Below, piece by piece: positions 60,173 through 64,000 of a DNA stretch of 64,000 nt; positions within the stretch are counted from its first letter, which is position 1, and each line of letters opens with the position of its first letter. The translations under genes and the position numbers were made by a program. The notes beneath the pieces were generated by a model that saw only the letters and a list, made by a program, of their open reading frames with translations, made no database searches and was not told where the DNA came from. Source of the DNA: Candidatus Cloacimonadota bacterium (GTDB lineage Bacteria > Cloacimonadota > Cloacimonadia > JGIOTU-2); NCBI GenBank assembly GCA_016932035.1, contig JAFGDR010000031.1, positions 71,399 to 135,398 on the forward strand, given 5' to 3'.

Positions 60173-61711
60173 TTATGATTTATGTTTTTTGCCGTTATCG
60201 AGATACTCCCGGCAGATCTGTTCGACTTCCCTAAAATTGACTTTTCCAGTTCCCATCATCGGAATATCCTCAATAACATGGAATTCTTTTGGTATTGCGA
60301 TAGAGGGAAGCTCTTTTGCCATTTGCTTTTTGATTTTCTTAAAATCAATTTCTGCTGTTGTGAGAGCAGCAACAATGTCAGCGCCTTTTGTTGGATTTGG
60401 AACATCGACGACACAGCACACAACATCATTTGGAAGTAGTTTATTAAGCACATCTTCGACCTTTACAAGTGATACCATTTCACCACCGATCTTCACAAAT
60501 CTGCGGAGACGTCCACGATGCCAGAGAAATCCGTCATCATCAAGGATACCCATATCACCGGTATCGTACCACCCGTTATGAATTCGCAGTGAGGTCTCTT
60601 CGAGATCTCCATAATAGCCCTTCATAACAAGATCACCTTTCACGACAATCTTACCCTCTTTACCGCGAGGTAATTCCTCGTCTGTTTCCCTATCTAAGAT
60701 TTTTACCTGAACACCGGGAATTGGTTTACCGATACTGCCGGGTTTATTCGCTTCTTTAAGATTTACTGAGATAACGGGGCTTGTTTCTGTTGTTCCGTAA
60801 CCTTCGAGAAGTTCGATGCCGTGATGTTTTTGATATGCTTCGCGTATCTGATTAGTGAGCTTATCTGCACCTGCAACAGCGATTCGTACTGAAGAAAAGT
60901 CGCCGGGCTTGGATCGTCTGAAATAACCAAAGAAGAACGCAGGTGTGCCGATCATAATGGTTATCTTATAGTTGATGATGGAGTCCACAATTTTTTTGTA
61001 ATCAAGAGGATTTGCATGGGTGACGACAGCTGATCCAACAATTAATGGTATCCATAGATTCGTCGTAAGTCCAAAAACATGAAAGAGAGGGAGATTGCCC
61101 AGGAATATATCCTCATGAGAAAACTCAAAAACCTCGGTGCAGGATTTAACATTATGAAAGATATTTTTATGTGTAAGCTGTACAGCTTTTGGATCCTTTT
61201 CACTTCCACTGGTAAACAGAATGATCGATGTTTCGTCTTCGCTGCCGTGATGAACAGAGTTCTGAAGCATGCCCGTTGGGAGTTTGGATCGGAGAGCAGC
61301 CTTGATCTTATCACCGGTCGTGAGCGTGGCAAGAATATCCTCGATGAATATCATACCCGGAACAAACTCGATGTTCAGGGTTTCCATTAATTTCTTGCTG
61401 GTTATTATCGTTTTAAAGCTGCATTTTTCTTGAGCATAGATACAGTTATTTGCAGCACCTGTTGAATAATTGATCATGACAGGGATTTTTCCAATGATGA
61501 GGGATGCAAGTATGGATAGCATGCATCCTGCAGATGTGGGGATCATTATTCCGATGTGGGGTTCAGGATATACTGAAAGTTTTTTTGAAAGAATTAGAGA
61601 TGCAATGAGTAATTTATCATAGGTGAAATCCTTTTCAGTTGCCTGATCGTATAGTGCAATTTTCTTTGAGTATTTTTTTGCCGTAGCAATAAATGCTTGT
61701 TGTAGTTGCAT
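60173..61711 (-). CDS. AMP-binding acyl-activating enzyme (Aas-like acyl-ACP synthetase domain, standalone)
   Basis: LFTSGSEKDPK, LPLFHVFG, EGYGTTETSP, WYDTGD, RFVKIGGEMVSL. Confidence 0.88.
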   Translation of the reverse strand: MQLQQAFIATAKKYSKKIALYDQATEKDFTYDKLLIASLILSKKLSVYPEPHIGIMIPTSAGCMLSILASLIIGKIPVMINYSTGAANNCIYAQEKCSFKTIITSKKLMETLNIEFVPGMIFIEDILATLTTGDKIKAALRSKLPTGMLQNSVHHGSEDETSIILFTSGSEKDPKAVQLTHKNIFHNVKSCTEVFEFSHEDIFLGNLPLFHVFGLTTNLWIPLIVGSAVVTHANPLDYKKIVDSIINYKITIMIGTPAFFFGYFRRSKPGDFSSVRIAVAGADKLTNQIREAYQKHHGIELLEGYGTTETSPVISVNLKEANKPGSIGKPIPGVQVKILDRETDEELPRGKEGKIVVKGDLVMKGYYGDLEETSLRIHNGWYDTGDMGILDDDGFLWHRGRLRRFVKIGGEMVSLVKVEDVLNKLLPNDVVCCVVDVPNPTKGADIVAALTTAEIDFKKIKKQMAKELPSIAIPKEFHVIEDIPMMGTGKVNFREVEQICREYLDNGKKHKS

Positions 61712-61841
61712 AGAAACTCCTTACAGGCTTATTTATGCGAAAAGCAACAATCAAAGAGGGTATTTGTAATGTCAATATTTTCATCTACGAGTTAAATGTG
61801 GAAAAAATTGACACGGTGTATGCAACGCTTACATTTCTTAT

Positions 61842-62468
61842 ATGAATATTTTACAGCAGTTCGTTATCATGATTTTTCCCGTGCTCTTTGCACTGACCAT
61901 TCATGAATTTTCACACGGCTATGCTGCATATAAGCTTGGAGACGATACCGCAAAACGAGCAGGACGATTGACGCTTAATCCTATAAAACATCTCGATCCA
62001 ATCGGCACGATCATGCTTTTTATTGCAAAGATAGGATGGGCGAGACCGGTACCGATCAATCCGTATAACTTCAAGAATTTTAAACGGGATACTGCAATTG
62101 TATCATTTGCAGGACCTCTTGCTAACTTCATCAGCGCAATCGTTTTCAGTATAATTTTCAATCTCCTTTTTTCTCCAACAGCTCCTCAAAATGTTTTTAT
62201 TCTTATCATCTTTTATACGATCTTTATTAATATTGCTCTTGGTCTTTTTAACCTGATTCCTATTCCACCACTCGACGGTTCAAAAATATTTGGCGCACTC
62301 TTACCGGATAGACTGTATTTCAAATATCAACAGTTTGAACGGAAAGGCATGATTCTGTTCATAGCAATTATTTTGATAAGCAATTTTGCTGGATTGAATA
62401 TTGTTGGTGGAGTTATTCTTCCTCCAATCAGATTTTTTGTTCGGTTACTAACAGGCGTTTCCGTATAA
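61842..62468 (+). CDS. Site-2 protease (M50 family)
   Basis: HEFSH, GRLTLNP, AGPLAN, NLIPIPPLDG. Confidence 0.93.
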   Translation: MNILQQFVIMIFPVLFALTIHEFSHGYAAYKLGDDTAKRAGRLTLNPIKHLDPIGTIMLFIAKIGWARPVPINPYNFKNFKRDTAIVSFAGPLANFISAIVFSIIFNLLFSPTAPQNVFILIIFYTIFINIALGLFNLIPIPPLDGSKIFGALLPDRLYFKYQQFERKGMILFIAIILISNFAGLNIVGGVILPPIRFFVRLLTGVSV

Positions 62469-62470
62469 TT

Positions 62471-63223
62471 ATGACACAAGAAGCAATCCAAGAAGAACAA
62501 AACGAATCGTATAAGATTATACTTCCTAATTTTGAGGGACCGCTTGATCTCTTGCTCTATCTTATCAGGAAGCACAAGATCGACATCTATGATATTCCCA
62601 TTGCTTTCATGCTGGAAGAGTATCTGAAATATCTTGCTGTGATGGAGGACCTGAATATCTCTATCGAAGGTGAATTCATGGAGATGGCAGCAACGCTTAT
62701 ACAGATAAAGCTGCGTTCTCTTTTGCCGAGATCGGTTGAGGAAGAAGAGGAAGATCCCAGAACCGAACTCGTCAACAATCTGCTTGCATATCAAAAGGTG
62801 AAGGAAACAACAGGCATACTCTCAGAACTTGCGGATGAAAACAGGTATTATGTGTACCGGTCAATGGATGATGAGGTTCGTAAAGAGATACAGCAATCTG
62901 CTGTTACATATGAGCTGGAACAAAAGGATGTCGACCTGTATGATCTTATAAAAGTATTGCAAAAATATATCATTTTGAAGCCCCAGGAAATTGCTGAGGA
63001 TATTTCTCTTGATGAGTATAAAGTGGAGGTTAAGATCGAGGATTTGGCCAAGCTCATGAGAAGGCAGAAGAAGATACTTTTTTCAGATCTTGTGAAAAAT
63101 TGTGGGAGGACTGAGATCATTGCCTTCTTTCTTGCTGTTCTCGAAATGATCAAAAGAAAGAGGATTACAGTTTTTCAGAGTAACGAGTTTTCAGATATAC
63201 ATATAAACAGACCTAAAGATTAG
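62471..63223 (+). CDS. scpA: Segregation and condensation protein A (kleisin)
   Basis: FEGPLDLLLYLI, EFMEMAATLIQIK, EDPRTELV, FLAVLEMIK. Confidence 0.93.
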   Translation: MTQEAIQEEQNESYKIILPNFEGPLDLLLYLIRKHKIDIYDIPIAFMLEEYLKYLAVMEDLNISIEGEFMEMAATLIQIKLRSLLPRSVEEEEEDPRTELVNNLLAYQKVKETTGILSELADENRYYVYRSMDDEVRKEIQQSAVTYELEQKDVDLYDLIKVLQKYIILKPQEIAEDISLDEYKVEVKIEDLAKLMRRQKKILFSDLVKNCGRTEIIAFFLAVLEMIKRKRITVFQSNEFSDIHINRPKD

Positions 63224-63226
63224 AAT

Positions 63227-63727
63227 TTATTTATTTCGTCCTTCCTTTGGTTTGTCAGGATATTTATCACCATCTCTCAGCATCCTTACTTTATCCTGAA
63301 GATCTCTTCCGAAACTTTCCATAAAGATGAGATATTCAGCAAATTTTTCTTCCCCCAAAGTTTTGCGAAGTTTTTTGTAGAGTTCAACTCGTTTAGTATT
63401 TGTTTCGTGCTCGTGGGTAATGAGAAGATCGATATTTTTGGTAATTTCTTTCTTGTTTTCGGCTTTAAGCCCATCCTTTAGATTTTTCACAACCATCTTG
63501 TGGGTATCATAAGAGCTTTCCATCAAAAGATCGATATCTTTAATAACTGGAAGTACTTTTTCGCTTTCCTCATCAGATAGATCGAGAGCTTTAAGAAGCT
63601 CAAGGTTTCTAAGCTGCAAAATGACCTTTTTTTGATCTCCCATTGGATGAAAGTGTCCGGGCTGTGAATATGCGATACCGGAAATAAGTAAGATCGAAAT
63701 AACAATTAGAACAAGTTTTTTATTCAT
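63227..63727 (-). CDS. Exported helical protein (Spy/CpxP-like periplasmic protein)
   Basis: Signal peptide after a GAGGAG SD (ATG 63727); helical repeats LDLSDEE..K.L, typical of genes next to ECF anti-sigma factors. Confidence 0.5.
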   Translation of the reverse strand: MNKKLVLIVISILLISGIAYSQPGHFHPMGDQKKVILQLRNLELLKALDLSDEESEKVLPVIKDIDLLMESSYDTHKMVVKNLKDGLKAENKKEITKNIDLLITHEHETNTKRVELYKKLRKTLGEEKFAEYLIFMESFGRDLQDKVRMLRDGDKYPDKPKEGRNK

Positions 63728-63740
63728 ATATACTCCTCGT

Positions 63741-64000
63741 TTAGGTAACATTACTTTTATATAATTCATTTACAAGTTTCTCAAGTTCCTCCTGATCAAG
63801 ATTATTAAGGATCTCGTCATAGTGTTGCCAATCTCCGTAAAGAATATCGTTAGTCAACTCTTCATTCTCGCATATTTCTTCGAGATACATAGATTCGAGA
63901 TCATCAAGATAAAGGTCACTCAGAGAAACAGTTTCCGAATATGTTACATTATCGATGACATAATAATCAGATTCCGTCGTGTCAGTTGCACGGTGAGGCA
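63741..64000 (-). CDS. C-terminal part of an acidic protein (possibly an anti-sigma-like factor), 5' partial
   Basis: Open frame from the window edge: ...ILYGDWQHYDEILNNLDQEELEKLVNELYKSNVT*. Confidence 0.5.
   Translation of the reverse strand, partial: PHRATDTTESDYYVIDNVTYSETVSLSDLYLDDLESMYLEEICENEELTNDILYGDWQHYDEILNNLDQEELEKLVNELYKSNVT

Overview
A 64-kb window of bacterial chromosome, AT-rich, with no rRNA, tRNA, CRISPR array, integrase or transposase recognised. The host is probably a diderm anaerobe of the FCB-like radiation such as Cloacimonadota; this is an inference from a 'YPNPF...YNIKGQ' sorting-type C-terminal domain, a TonB receptor and an Omp85 protein. (1) 1-16.3 kb, minus strand: a type IV filament locus (pilB, pilC, major and minor pilins that appear to lack the class III leader, two PilX-like paralogues). 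It has a candidate sigma54 promoter with tandem enhancer-like sites, a TMTC-like TPR glycosyltransferase, a PilR-like activator, two kinases and a PilS-like sensor with no catalytic domain. (2) 16.4-29.6 kb, plus strand: mnmG-rsmG-parA-parB-M23-bactofilin runs straight into a probably Na+-type F1Fo ATP synthase operon with both a normal and a triplicated c subunit. ParB carries a natural E78Q-type change in its CTPase motif. (3) 29.6-40.3 kb: mixed envelope and metabolic genes, an RsbW-GNAT fusion, and an LRR/Omp85 pair bracketed by a diverged remnant of a permease 3' end. (4) 40.4-50.4 kb: a cobalamin-riboswitch btu uptake operon interrupted by an oppositely oriented rrf2-iscS-iscU unit. (5) 50.5-54.7 kb: an AT-rich islet and an EIIA / cation:H+ antiporter / PII-like / HPP module. 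(6) 54.8-64 kb: housekeeping genes (MutY-like, hemW, lepB, acyl-activating enzyme, site-2 protease, scpA). All calls come from motif recognition by eye; no database search was run.
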